Shown: in pieces, positions 1 to 8,438 of the stretch
Numbering within the stretch: position 1 is the first letter of the stretch
Layout of the letters: each line of letters begins with the position of its first letter
Notes under the pieces: model-generated
Databases searched by the model: none
The model's input: only the letters and a program-made list of their open reading frames with translations
Told to the model about the DNA's origin: nothing
Virus record (IMG/VR): IMGVR_UViG_3300032323_000841
Coordinates: 1-55,509 of that record
DNA length: 55,509 bases
Reading direction: 5' to 3' (one strand)
From: a virus
Lineage: Duplodnaviria; Caudoviricetes
Program-made: the position numbers and the translations under genes

Positions 1-48
1 GAAGCCGGGAACACCCCGCTGCCTGCTGATGAACCGGAGACCAACTGA
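1..48 (+). CDS. 3' end of small tail-fibre-associated protein (partial)
   Basis: Reads EAGNTPLPADEPETN*; TGA overlaps the next ATG; GNTPLPAD ending is typical of small ORFs next to phage fibres. Confidence 0.5.
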   Translation, partial: EAGNTPLPADEPETN

Positions 49-1139
49 TGCCGCTCACTCAAGTATCCGCCGCGCTGCTCAGTAGCGAAGCCAACGCACA
101 GGGGTTCCGTAACCGCATCATCAATGGTGACATGCGGATTGATCAGAGAAATAACGGGTCAGCGGTCACCATAAACTCAGCAACGCAAACTTATACTTTG
201 GATAGGTGGACGGGCTATGGGCAAGCATCGGACGGGGTGTTCACCGTGCAAAGAAGCACTGTCGCTCCTGCCGGGTTTACAAACTCCGCGCTGATCACGG
301 TAACGACGGCGGATGCCAGCATCGGCGCGGGGCAGGTCTATGCGTTCTCTCAATTCATTGAGGGTTTCAACACCGCCGACTTGGGGTTCGGTACGGCTGG
401 CGCACAGACTGTAACTGTCTCTTTCTTGGTTCGCTCCAGCGTGACGGGAACGTACAGCGCCACGCTATTCAATAGCGCCTATAACCGAGGCTACACGGCA
501 ACTTTCACTATCAATGCTGCCAATACGTTTGAGTACAAGACTTTCACCATTCCTGGCGATACGGCTGGAACGTGGCTGACTGATAACGGCGTTGGTCTTC
601 GGCTATGGATTGCGCTTGGCACAGGCTCCACGTTTAAGGGAACCGCTGGCGCTTGGAACGCCGGAACGACTTATGGCGCTACCGGGCAAGTTGATTTGAT
701 CTCCACCAACGGCGCAACCTTCTACATCACCGGGGTGCAACTGGAAGCAGGCACTGTGGCCGAGCCTTTCGAGCGCATTGACTACGGGCGGCAGTTGATC
801 CAGTGCCAGCGGTATTTTGAAATGTCATTCCCGCAGGGGACCGCGCCAGCTACAAACACTGCAAAAAACCAAAGTGTGGCAATGACTGTTGGAACAATTG
901 GCAGTGTTGAATACACATCAAGCATTAAATACAGCGTCACAAAACGGGCTACACCAATTTTGACGTTTTATAACCCGAACGCCGCAAGTAACACGATGCG
1001 AATTTATGGAGCGGCGGGGTCTGCGGGGGATTTCCCCCCTACAATTAACTCGCAAAGCGACAACAGCTATAACCTTTCTTATACAAGAACGGGCGACACA
1101 ATATTTGAATTTCACTGGGCCGCTGCTTCAGAGCTTTAA
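48..1139 (+). CDS. Tail fibre / carbohydrate-binding-like virion protein
   Basis: 363 aa, Thr/Gly-rich beta content; FRNRIINGDMRIDQR start and GVQLEAG...CQRYF motif seen in phage fibre proteins. Confidence 0.7.
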   Translation: MPLTQVSAALLSSEANAQGFRNRIINGDMRIDQRNNGSAVTINSATQTYTLDRWTGYGQASDGVFTVQRSTVAPAGFTNSALITVTTADASIGAGQVYAFSQFIEGFNTADLGFGTAGAQTVTVSFLVRSSVTGTYSATLFNSAYNRGYTATFTINAANTFEYKTFTIPGDTAGTWLTDNGVGLRLWIALGTGSTFKGTAGAWNAGTTYGATGQVDLISTNGATFYITGVQLEAGTVAEPFERIDYGRQLIQCQRYFEMSFPQGTAPATNTAKNQSVAMTVGTIGSVEYTSSIKYSVTKRATPILTFYNPNAASNTMRIYGAAGSAGDFPPTINSQSDNSYNLSYTRTGDTIFEFHWAAASEL

Positions 1140-1141
1140 TC

Positions 1142-2044
1142 ATGTTCGGAATTGCAAGCTTCGCCCAGTCACCGTTTGCCTCGCTGGCAGGGACGAACTT
1201 TGTCCTTTCCTTGTCGGAGAACCTGAACTCCGACGACGCTAGCACGCAGCTTTACGCGTTCCTTCAGAGCCAGACTGAAAACGTCACGATGGAGGAGGTT
1301 GACTCCACCGCCGGCATTTTCTTCGGGGCCGTGAACGAGAACGTGGGGATGGACGACGCCAGCGCCCAAACATCGACGTTCCTGCAATCCATCACGGAAG
1401 ACAGCAATTTAAACGACACCTTGGCTATTGCTGCCCAGTTCGCCCAGTCCGTGACGGAAGACGCCGTCCTTGCAGACGACGCGGTGGCTTTCTTTGCCGC
1501 CTTGCAGTCCCGCACGGAGGACATCATTGAGGTGGCTGACTTCAGCACCCAGCAGTCCAACTTCTCCCAGTCCATCACCGAGAACGCCAATCTGGACGAT
1601 GTCCGGGACATCACTGCGCAGTTCCCCCTGTCGGTGTCTGAGGCGCTGACGATGAACGACTTCCAGTCCATCGCCGCCCAGTTTGCTGCTGCCGTCTCTG
1701 AGAACGTGTCGGTCGATGACTTTAGTGTCATCATCAGCGTGTTCGTGGACTCCATCACGGAGAACCTGTCGGCGGCGGACGCTCAGGTGGTCACAACCAA
1801 CTTCCTGATCTCTCTGATCGAAAACCTGAGCAGCGACGATATCCGGGCCATCACGGCAGCGTTTAACGTGGCGATCAGCGAGAACGCCGCTTTGGCCGAC
1901 AGCTTCGGGGTGGGCGGCTGGATCAAGATCATCAGTACCCAGAACCCTGACTGGGTCAATATCACCGACACGCAGACGCCGGGCTGGACTGGAATAGATG
2001 ACGCCCAGAACCCTAACTGGCAGAATATCCCTAATTCCCAATAA
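1142..2044 (+). CDS. Acidic repeat-containing tail structural protein
   Basis: 300 aa; imperfect ~21-aa repeats of S(I/V)(T/S)E(N/D)xxxxD; Trp-containing C-terminal repeats. Confidence 0.6.
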   Translation: MFGIASFAQSPFASLAGTNFVLSLSENLNSDDASTQLYAFLQSQTENVTMEEVDSTAGIFFGAVNENVGMDDASAQTSTFLQSITEDSNLNDTLAIAAQFAQSVTEDAVLADDAVAFFAALQSRTEDIIEVADFSTQQSNFSQSITENANLDDVRDITAQFPLSVSEALTMNDFQSIAAQFAAAVSENVSVDDFSVIISVFVDSITENLSAADAQVVTTNFLISLIENLSSDDIRAITAAFNVAISENAALADSFGVGGWIKIISTQNPDWVNITDTQTPGWTGIDDAQNPNWQNIPNSQ

Positions 2045-2055
2045 GGAGCCTCGTA

Positions 2056-2856
2056 ATGAGCACCTATTCCCCCAGCCTGCGGATCGAGTTGATCACGACG
2101 GGCGATCAAGCCGGTACGTGGGGTAACACGACCAACACCAATCTGGGCACGCTGGTTGAGTCGGCCATTGCGGGGTATGTATCCGTCTCCATTACTTCGG
2201 CCAACCAAGCGCTCACGGCCCTGAACGGTGCGGCTGACCAAGCCCGCAACATGACGATTGCCCTGACGACCACCACCGGGGCTAACTTCGCGGTCTATGC
2301 GCCCCCGGCGGAGAAGACCTACGTCATCTATAACGCCAGCGCGTACACGGCCACGATCTACAACTCCACGGTGATTGGCAACACGACCGCTGCGGGTGCT
2401 GGGGTGGCTATTCCTGCGGGCAAGACCATGACGGTCTGGTCTGAGGGAACCAACTTCTATTTCCAGAACACCCACATCATCGGCACGTTGGTGGGCAACG
2501 TCACGGGTAATGCCGACACTGCCACCACAGCGACTACTGCCACCAACGCTAACAATATCAACATCAGTGCGACGACCAGCTCTGACACCACGACTTCCTT
2601 GGTGCTGGTGGGTGCGCAGGCTACGGGTAACCAGTCACCGTTCATCGACAGCGGGCTGGCCTACAACGCCAACACCAACACCCTGAGCACGGACAACGTG
2701 GCGATTGGTGCCGGTACTCTGACGACCACCAACTGGACGATCACGGAGTCTGCCGGCAAGCTGCTGTTTAGATATGGTGGCGTGACGGTTGCGTCTATTA
2801 ACACCAACGGTGCAATTGTTTCCGCCAACGATGTGACGGCATTTGGTACTCCTTAA
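2056..2856 (+). CDS. Tail fibre protein
   Basis: AAGGAG RBS; N-terminal LRIELITTGDQAGTWGNTTNTNL; Thr-rich; C-terminal SANDVTAF fibre-tip-like ending. Confidence 0.7.
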   Translation: MSTYSPSLRIELITTGDQAGTWGNTTNTNLGTLVESAIAGYVSVSITSANQALTALNGAADQARNMTIALTTTTGANFAVYAPPAEKTYVIYNASAYTATIYNSTVIGNTTAAGAGVAIPAGKTMTVWSEGTNFYFQNTHIIGTLVGNVTGNADTATTATTATNANNINISATTSSDTTTSLVLVGAQATGNQSPFIDSGLAYNANTNTLSTDNVAIGAGTLTTTNWTITESAGKLLFRYGGVTVASINTNGAIVSANDVTAFGTP

Positions 2857-2865
2857 GGATCAGAT

Positions 2866-3741
2866 ATGGCTCTGCCTTCTTCTGGCCCCTTGTCGCTTAC
2901 CCAGATACAGACTGAGTTCGGGGGGTCTAACCCCATCAGCATGTCTGAGTATTACCGTGGGGGTGCGTTTGTAACCTCCAACAACACGACGGTTCCCACC
3001 TCCGGGGCCATCTCGATCAGCAACTTCTACGGCACGGTTAAACGTATCTTCATCCCGCTGACCATCTCTTCCTCGACGTACAACTACGATGTGTACGCCA
3101 ACCGGGGTGGTACGTACATTGCCGGCATCTCTGACATCCAAGTCACGGTGAACGGCGGGGTGTTTGTTGGCAGCACTTCGACCGGCGCATACGCCATGCT
3201 GGTGACCAACTCGTTTAACGCGGGGGATACCGTCACCATCATCAACAACGGCGTCATCGAGGGCATGGGTGGTAACGGCGGCGACTCTCAGTTTGCTGCT
3301 CAAAGCGGGGGCAACCCCGGCACCAATGCCGGTAACGCCCTGTACATCAACCGGGCCACGACCATCCAGAACAACAACGTGATTGCTGGTGGCGGCGGTG
3401 GCGGCGGTGGTGGTTCTGGCTGGACACCGGATAAAGGCGGCTCTGGCTGGGGCGGCGGTGGTGGCGGTGGCGCAGGCTTTAACCCCGGAAGCGGTGGCGG
3501 CGGCGCTTTTCCCGGCAACAATGGAACAGACAGTGCGGGCGGCGCAGGCAACCCCGGCGACTTCCAAGGCATCGGTGGTGGTGCTGGTGGTGGTCGTGGA
3601 GCTAACGGTGCAAACGGCGCAGCAACTGGCGGTGCCAACCCCCGTCCGGGCGGTGCAGGCGGTGCTGCCGGCTTCTACATCGTTGGTAATAGTTTTGTTA
3701 CATGGACCGCGACCGGCACGCGGCAAGGTCCAGCATCTTAA
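2866..3741 (+). CDS. Glycine-rich tail-tip adhesin (T-even gp38-like)
   Basis: N-terminal ALPSSGPLSLTQIQTEFGG; NNGVIEGMGGNGG and IAGGGGGGGGG polyglycine motifs; directly after a fibre gene. Confidence 0.7.
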   Translation: MALPSSGPLSLTQIQTEFGGSNPISMSEYYRGGAFVTSNNTTVPTSGAISISNFYGTVKRIFIPLTISSSTYNYDVYANRGGTYIAGISDIQVTVNGGVFVGSTSTGAYAMLVTNSFNAGDTVTIINNGVIEGMGGNGGDSQFAAQSGGNPGTNAGNALYINRATTIQNNNVIAGGGGGGGGGSGWTPDKGGSGWGGGGGGGAGFNPGSGGGGAFPGNNGTDSAGGAGNPGDFQGIGGGAGGGRGANGANGAATGGANPRPGGAGGAAGFYIVGNSFVTWTATGTRQGPAS

Positions 3742-3752
3742 TTGGAGCAACA

Positions 3753-4091
3753 ATGAACAGCATCAAATTCAAAATCCAAGGGTACGACGAGGCCAGCAAC
3801 TCGCTGCTGGTTTCCTTTGCCTCCGACACGACGGCCAGCACCGACCCGGCAACATACACCGCGTATGCCTTTCAACCGATGACCATGTGGCCCGATGTCA
3901 CCGATACTGAAGAGATTAAAAAGCGAATTGCTCAGGCTGGCATCTATCAAGCCAAACTGCAAGAGGCTAAAGAGAAGTTTGCCGCTGATCCCCAGCAGGC
4001 TGCCAAGTTCAAGCAGATGGTCGGTCAGACGCATGAGTTCACAGTTGCTCAACTTGCTGACAGCGACACCACCCCGATTGCAACGGTGTAA
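3753..4091 (+). CDS. Hypothetical protein (tail-associated)
   Basis: GGAG RBS before ATG 3753; tight operon spacing. Confidence 0.7.
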   Translation: MNSIKFKIQGYDEASNSLLVSFASDTTASTDPATYTAYAFQPMTMWPDVTDTEEIKKRIAQAGIYQAKLQEAKEKFAADPQQAAKFKQMVGQTHEFTVAQLADSDTTPIATV

Positions 4092-4093
4092 AC

Positions 4094-4567
4094 ATGATCC
4101 GCAAACCATTCGCCGCGTTTGGCCGCGTTCTTTACGCCAACTACTACGAAGCCGGATATACGGTAGAAGCCAGCACCTTTGCAAACAGCAAGACCGTCCT
4201 GCTGTTTACAGAAGGCAGCATGATCGCTCGGGATAAGACGACCGGAGAAGTGGTGCATCGGTGTGTTCCCGGCTGGATCAACAAAGGGAACTACGAGGAC
4301 CGTGTACTCAGTTGCATCTCTGAAGTTCCTAGCGTGTCTTGGTGCTATGACCCGAAGGTGAACCATGACTACGTGCCCGTCATTGAGCTGGTGGCCATGA
4401 AAAAAGGGCAGATCATGGAGTTCCCGGAAGGCACATCTTTGTTCTTGTGCCATGGCACTTTGGCCATCAACGGGGCTGACCATGCGGCACCTCGCCAAAT
4501 CGCAGTGCGTTCTGCAAAAGCCACTGCAACCGCGTCCACAGATGTATACGGGCTAATCTTCAAGTGA
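4094..4567 (+). CDS. Hypothetical protein, possible cupin-like fold
   Basis: 157 aa in operon; beta-rich LFLCHGTLAING; overlaps next gene by GTGA. Confidence 0.6.
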   Translation: MIRKPFAAFGRVLYANYYEAGYTVEASTFANSKTVLLFTEGSMIARDKTTGEVVHRCVPGWINKGNYEDRVLSCISEVPSVSWCYDPKVNHDYVPVIELVAMKKGQIMEFPEGTSLFLCHGTLAINGADHAAPRQIAVRSAKATATASTDVYGLIFK

Positions 4568-5109
4568 AGCACGCGGCGCAGCTCAACTACCAAATCGACA
4601 TGCGCCCTCTTATGTCGTCAGTCATTGGCCCTTTGCGTGATTACGGCAAGCTTCAAAAATATGGGAAAAGCCTGCCGGGCGGAGAGGCCATGGTAGCTTC
4701 CGGGTGGGCAGCCAAGAATAAGAGCGTCAGCAACGCGGATCTGTTCATTGATCAGTTGCCGAGCAAGCTGCTGGAGCTTGAGCGCCCCTACGTGATTATT
4801 CTGGAGCTGCCTGCTTCAGATGTTGCCAACCCGATCCTTCCGGCCCACAGGGACTACAACAAGACCTGCGGCATCAACGTCTACATTGATGCTAATGGTG
4901 AAGTAACAAAGTTTTACAACTGGAACCAAGAGAAGCGTCAGTCCGAATATGTGGAAGAGTTCTGCGCCAACGCCGGGGAGATTTGGGCAATGGATACAGA
5001 TGTGCCGCACTCGGTGACCTTGGTTCCAAACAAAGCAAGGCGCATGCTGTCGTTCTGCTTCACGAAGACAAAATACAACGAGGTGGTTGAGTGCTTCACC
5101 AGAATGTGA
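4564..5109 (+). CDS. 2OG-Fe(II) oxygenase/cupin-like protein
   Basis: HRD motif (PAHRDY), distal His (VPHSV) and R-x-x-x-S (RRMLSF). Confidence 0.65.
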   Translation: MKHAAQLNYQIDMRPLMSSVIGPLRDYGKLQKYGKSLPGGEAMVASGWAAKNKSVSNADLFIDQLPSKLLELERPYVIILELPASDVANPILPAHRDYNKTCGINVYIDANGEVTKFYNWNQEKRQSEYVEEFCANAGEIWAMDTDVPHSVTLVPNKARRMLSFCFTKTKYNEVVECFTRM

Positions 5110-5651
5110 TCCGCGAGGTGACGGTAGACAACGGGCGCAAGCTGCGGGTCTACGACAACGTGTTTGATTTGGAATACAGGAGCAACCTGTACGCCTTTGC
5201 GCAGAAGTCCATGTACCGGATCGGCTGGGCCGACGGCAATATCGTGGAGAACAGCAAGCACCAGTTTTTACACGCCCTGTACTCCCCGGAAGACATTGAG
5301 CGCATCCAGTTAGTCCCCAAGCTCAAGGCAACGCCTGTCGGCCAAGAGATGGAAGGGTTCAACCTGACCAAGTGCGTCATGAATCTGTCCACCCCGTCGG
5401 ACGCCAACTTTGTCCATGCCCACCCAGAAGACAAGGTGCTGCTGTACTACGTCAATCTGGAGTGGCGCGACGGCTGGCACGGTGAGACGCTGTTCTATGA
5501 CGAGCCAATCAAAGAGGTGATGTTCGCCAGCTCCTACACGCCAAACCGCTTGATTGCGTTTGACGCCAAGATACCGCACACCATCCGCCCGCAGTCGCAT
5601 ATCGCGCCGTTCTATCGTTTAACCCTAGCGTTGATTTACAACAAATGCTGA
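5106..5651 (+). CDS. 2OG-Fe(II) oxygenase (prolyl-hydroxylase-like)
   Basis: HAHPE, LLYYVNLEWRDGWHGET, PNRLIAFD..IPH..R motifs; GTG start overlapping upstream TGA. Confidence 0.8.
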   Translation: MIREVTVDNGRKLRVYDNVFDLEYRSNLYAFAQKSMYRIGWADGNIVENSKHQFLHALYSPEDIERIQLVPKLKATPVGQEMEGFNLTKCVMNLSTPSDANFVHAHPEDKVLLYYVNLEWRDGWHGETLFYDEPIKEVMFASSYTPNRLIAFDAKIPHTIRPQSHIAPFYRLTLALIYNKC

Positions 5652-6139
5652 TCGTGCTTGATGATGTGTTGGACGACGCTCATCGCTCTGCGGTGGTGGG
5701 ATTCTTTTCGTCCAGCAATCAGGCCCGATCCATGAAATGGCAGCCCGGCACCCTAGCTGGGATTCAGGATGACCAATCGCCCATGGCGCTGCTGGTGAAG
5801 GCGGCCTCCAAGTTCTTTGACCTGACATCCATGATTGGGTGCGAGTACTGGGCGCACTATGGCACTCGCCCGGACTGGCACATCGATAAGGACGAGGCCC
5901 TGCAAAACACCACCGGCGAGGTGGCTCATCCGCTTTGCAGCATCGTGTACTACGCTGATGTAAATGTGACTGGCGGCGCATTCATGACGGAATCTATTAC
6001 CGTCAAGCCGATCACCAACAGAATGGTTGTTTTTTCCCCCGGCATCTTGCATGGGGTAGAGGAATATACGGGAACGCGGATGTCCGTGGCGGTTAATCCG
6101 TGGAGTAAAAAACCGATGGGGTATCCAGATTTAGGGTAG
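5645..6139 (+). CDS. 2OG-Fe(II) oxygenase
   Basis: WHIDKD, SIVYY, GG, NRMVVF..LHGV, RMSVAVN motifs. Confidence 0.8.
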   Translation: MLIVLDDVLDDAHRSAVVGFFSSSNQARSMKWQPGTLAGIQDDQSPMALLVKAASKFFDLTSMIGCEYWAHYGTRPDWHIDKDEALQNTTGEVAHPLCSIVYYADVNVTGGAFMTESITVKPITNRMVVFSPGILHGVEEYTGTRMSVAVNPWSKKPMGYPDLG

Positions 6140-6143
6140 CGAC

Positions 6144-6251
6144 ATGTTGGATTGGCTGGTATCCCTCGCCTTAGCAGTCATTGTTGTATCAGTGATTGTC
6201 ACGCTGGTGTACCACACAGTCCCTATCATCTTTGTTTTATTTCGTGGCTAA
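6144..6251 (+). CDS. Small single-TM protein (35 aa, absent from ORF track)
   Basis: Translated by hand: MLDWLVSLALAVIVVSVIVTLVYHTVPIIFVLFRG*; fills the gap between 6139 and 6254. Confidence 0.55.
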   Translation: MLDWLVSLALAVIVVSVIVTLVYHTVPIIFVLFRG

Positions 6252-6253
6252 TT

Positions 6254-6718
6254 ATGATCGACCCTATCACCGCATTTGCTGCCGCGCAAGCTGCGGTGGC
6301 AGGTATCCAAAAGGCCATCAAACTTGGCAAGGACATCAACGGCCTTGTCGGTGAGTTTGGCAAGTTCTTTGATGCCCGGGATGTAGTCCAAAAGGCTGCT
6401 AACGACGCGGGCAAGTCAGGCAAGTCCGACACCGCACGGGCGATGGAAATCGTGATGCAAGCCAATGCTCTGCGAGAAGCGGAGGAGGCCCTCAAACATC
6501 AATTGGTCTACGGCGGGTACCCCGAACTTTGGGAGATGATGCTCAAAGAACGGATGAAGATTAAGCAGGCCAGGGAAAAAGCCGAAAGGATTGCTGCGGC
6601 TGAGCGCAAGAAGGTTGTGGCCGAGCGCCTACTGGCAGCTCAGATCATCGGCGGTGCCATCTGCGTCATCATTATTGGCGTCATCGTAGTCTTCATCATC
6701 CGGCAGGCTGTGTCGTGA
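6254..6718 (+). CDS. Coiled-coil protein with C-terminal TM helix
   Basis: Probable start MIDPITAF; C-terminal IIGGAICVIIIGVIVVFII. Confidence 0.7.
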   Translation: MIDPITAFAAAQAAVAGIQKAIKLGKDINGLVGEFGKFFDARDVVQKAANDAGKSGKSDTARAMEIVMQANALREAEEALKHQLVYGGYPELWEMMLKERMKIKQAREKAERIAAAERKKVVAERLLAAQIIGGAICVIIIGVIVVFIIRQAVS

Positions 6719-7332
6719 GCGAAGAGAAGATCAACCACAACAGTCTGATCGACAAGGTCCTCAGCTATGTGGACTCTCCGTTCAAGCTGTTTGCCATCCT
6801 CCTGATGGCGATCTTTGCATTCGTGGGCTACTTCATCTGGCAGAACCAAGCGTTCCTAATCGGGGCCTACAAGGAACAGCAAAAGCTGCCCACCATCGCG
6901 GAAGACCGGGTGGAGGATGCTGCGGCGCATCTATTTCGGAACACCGACGCTACAGTCGTAGCTATATTCAAGGTAAACCCTATGTTCGGCACCCGCGTCC
7001 TGCATCGGGCGTATACCAAGCAGGGCAGGGAGAAGGAACACGAGGGGCTGGATGTGGGCCTTTTTACCTCCAATGTCGCCAACAATAGGGACGTTGTGGC
7101 GCTCATGGCCGGTGAGATTCCGTGCGGTCACTACAAGACCGCGCAGTCCGAGATTGGTCTGTGGTATATGGAAAAAGGGATGACCTACGGGTGCCGGGTC
7201 AGTGTGCCGCCCGAGCAGGGCAAGTTTGTCGGACAGATCACCGTGGGGTGGAGAGAAGAACCGCCGGATGTGGACCAGTACCGCGTCCTCTTGCAAATTG
7301 CAGCAACCATGCTTTCAAGGAGTAAACAGTAA
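6715..7332 (+). CDS. Single-TM protein with periplasmic domain, T4 holin T-like
   Basis: One N-terminal TM; C-terminus YGC...FVGQITVGW...QIAATMLSRSK resembles the T-even holin T C-terminus as recalled; upstream of endolysin. Confidence 0.5.
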   Translation: MSEEKINHNSLIDKVLSYVDSPFKLFAILLMAIFAFVGYFIWQNQAFLIGAYKEQQKLPTIAEDRVEDAAAHLFRNTDATVVAIFKVNPMFGTRVLHRAYTKQGREKEHEGLDVGLFTSNVANNRDVVALMAGEIPCGHYKTAQSEIGLWYMEKGMTYGCRVSVPPEQGKFVGQITVGWREEPPDVDQYRVLLQIAATMLSRSKQ

Positions 7333-7829
7333 TGGAATGGCTTAAACAAATCGCGCCCACTATCGCCACTGCGATGGGTGGACCCTTGATGGGTATGGCT
7401 GTCTCCGCAGTGTCCAAAGCGATTGGGGTGGAGCCTGAAAAGGTTCAGGACCTCATCTCCAGCGGCAAGCTGACCTCCGAGCAGATTGCGCAGATCAAGA
7501 TCGCTGAGATTGACCTCCAGAAGCAGGCTAACGAGCTGGGCCTGAACTTTGAAAAGCTGGCTGTGGACGACCGCAAAAGTGCCCGCGAGATGCAGGCGAC
7601 GACCCGCTCCATCGTCCCTCCGGTTCTGGCTGCAATCGTCACTATCGGGTTCTTCGGCATCATGGTGATGATGCTGCTGGGCAAAGTGGACTCCAACAAC
7701 CCCGCCATCCTCATGATGCTAGGTAGCCTCGGCACCGCTTGGACTGGCATCATTGCTTATTACTTTGGTTCTAGCGCTGGTTCGCAGGCCAAGACCGATC
7801 TTCTTTCTAAAGCACCTGCAATTAAATGA
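7332..7829 (+). CDS. Holin (3TM-holin-like)
   Basis: IAPTIATAMGGP, DRKSAR, two C-terminal TMs and IIAYYFGSS; overlaps endolysin start. Confidence 0.7.
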   Translation: MEWLKQIAPTIATAMGGPLMGMAVSAVSKAIGVEPEKVQDLISSGKLTSEQIAQIKIAEIDLQKQANELGLNFEKLAVDDRKSAREMQATTRSIVPPVLAAIVTIGFFGIMVMMLLGKVDSNNPAILMMLGSLGTAWTGIIAYYFGSSAGSQAKTDLLSKAPAIK

Positions 7830-8428
7830 TGAGCCTCGCCAACACCCTCGCCAAACTCAAGATCAGCGTTGACTGGGTCGAACCTCTGGAAGAGGTCTTC
7901 CAGCGCTACGAGATCAACACCCCGGAGCGCCAAGCTGCGTTTATTGGCCAGTGCGCCCATGAGTCCATGAACTTCACCAAATTGGAGGAGAACATGAACT
8001 ACAGCGCAGAGGGCCTCATGAAGACATGGCCGAGCCGCTTCCCGACGCTGGAGTCCGCCAAGCCCTATCACCGCAACCCCGAGAAAATTGCCAATAAAGT
8101 ATACGCAGGGCGTATGGGCAACGGGCCGGAAGAAACGGGTGAGGGGTGGCTGTACCACGGGCGTGGGCTGATTCAGCTCACCGGCAAGGACAACTACACG
8201 CTGGCCGGGGATGCCTTGAATATGGACTTCATCCACAGCCCGGATTACGTGCTGGTCCCCAAGTACGCGGCGCTCACCGCCGGGTGGTTTTGGAACAAGC
8301 GCAACCTCAACAAAGAGGCTGATGCTAAAGACTTCACCGGGATGACAAAGAAGATCAACGGCGGTACCATTGGGCTAGACGACCGTATTGCGCATATTAA
8401 ACACGCGCAAGAGGTTTTGACCGCATAA
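7826..8428 (+). CDS. Endolysin, glycoside hydrolase family 19
   Basis: AAFIGQCAHES, EENMNYS, YHGRGLIQLTGKDNY, KKINGGTIGLDDR. Confidence 0.92.
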   Translation: MMSLANTLAKLKISVDWVEPLEEVFQRYEINTPERQAAFIGQCAHESMNFTKLEENMNYSAEGLMKTWPSRFPTLESAKPYHRNPEKIANKVYAGRMGNGPEETGEGWLYHGRGLIQLTGKDNYTLAGDALNMDFIHSPDYVLVPKYAALTAGWFWNKRNLNKEADAKDFTGMTKKINGGTIGLDDRIAHIKHAQEVLTA

Positions 8429-8438
8429 AGGGGCGCTC

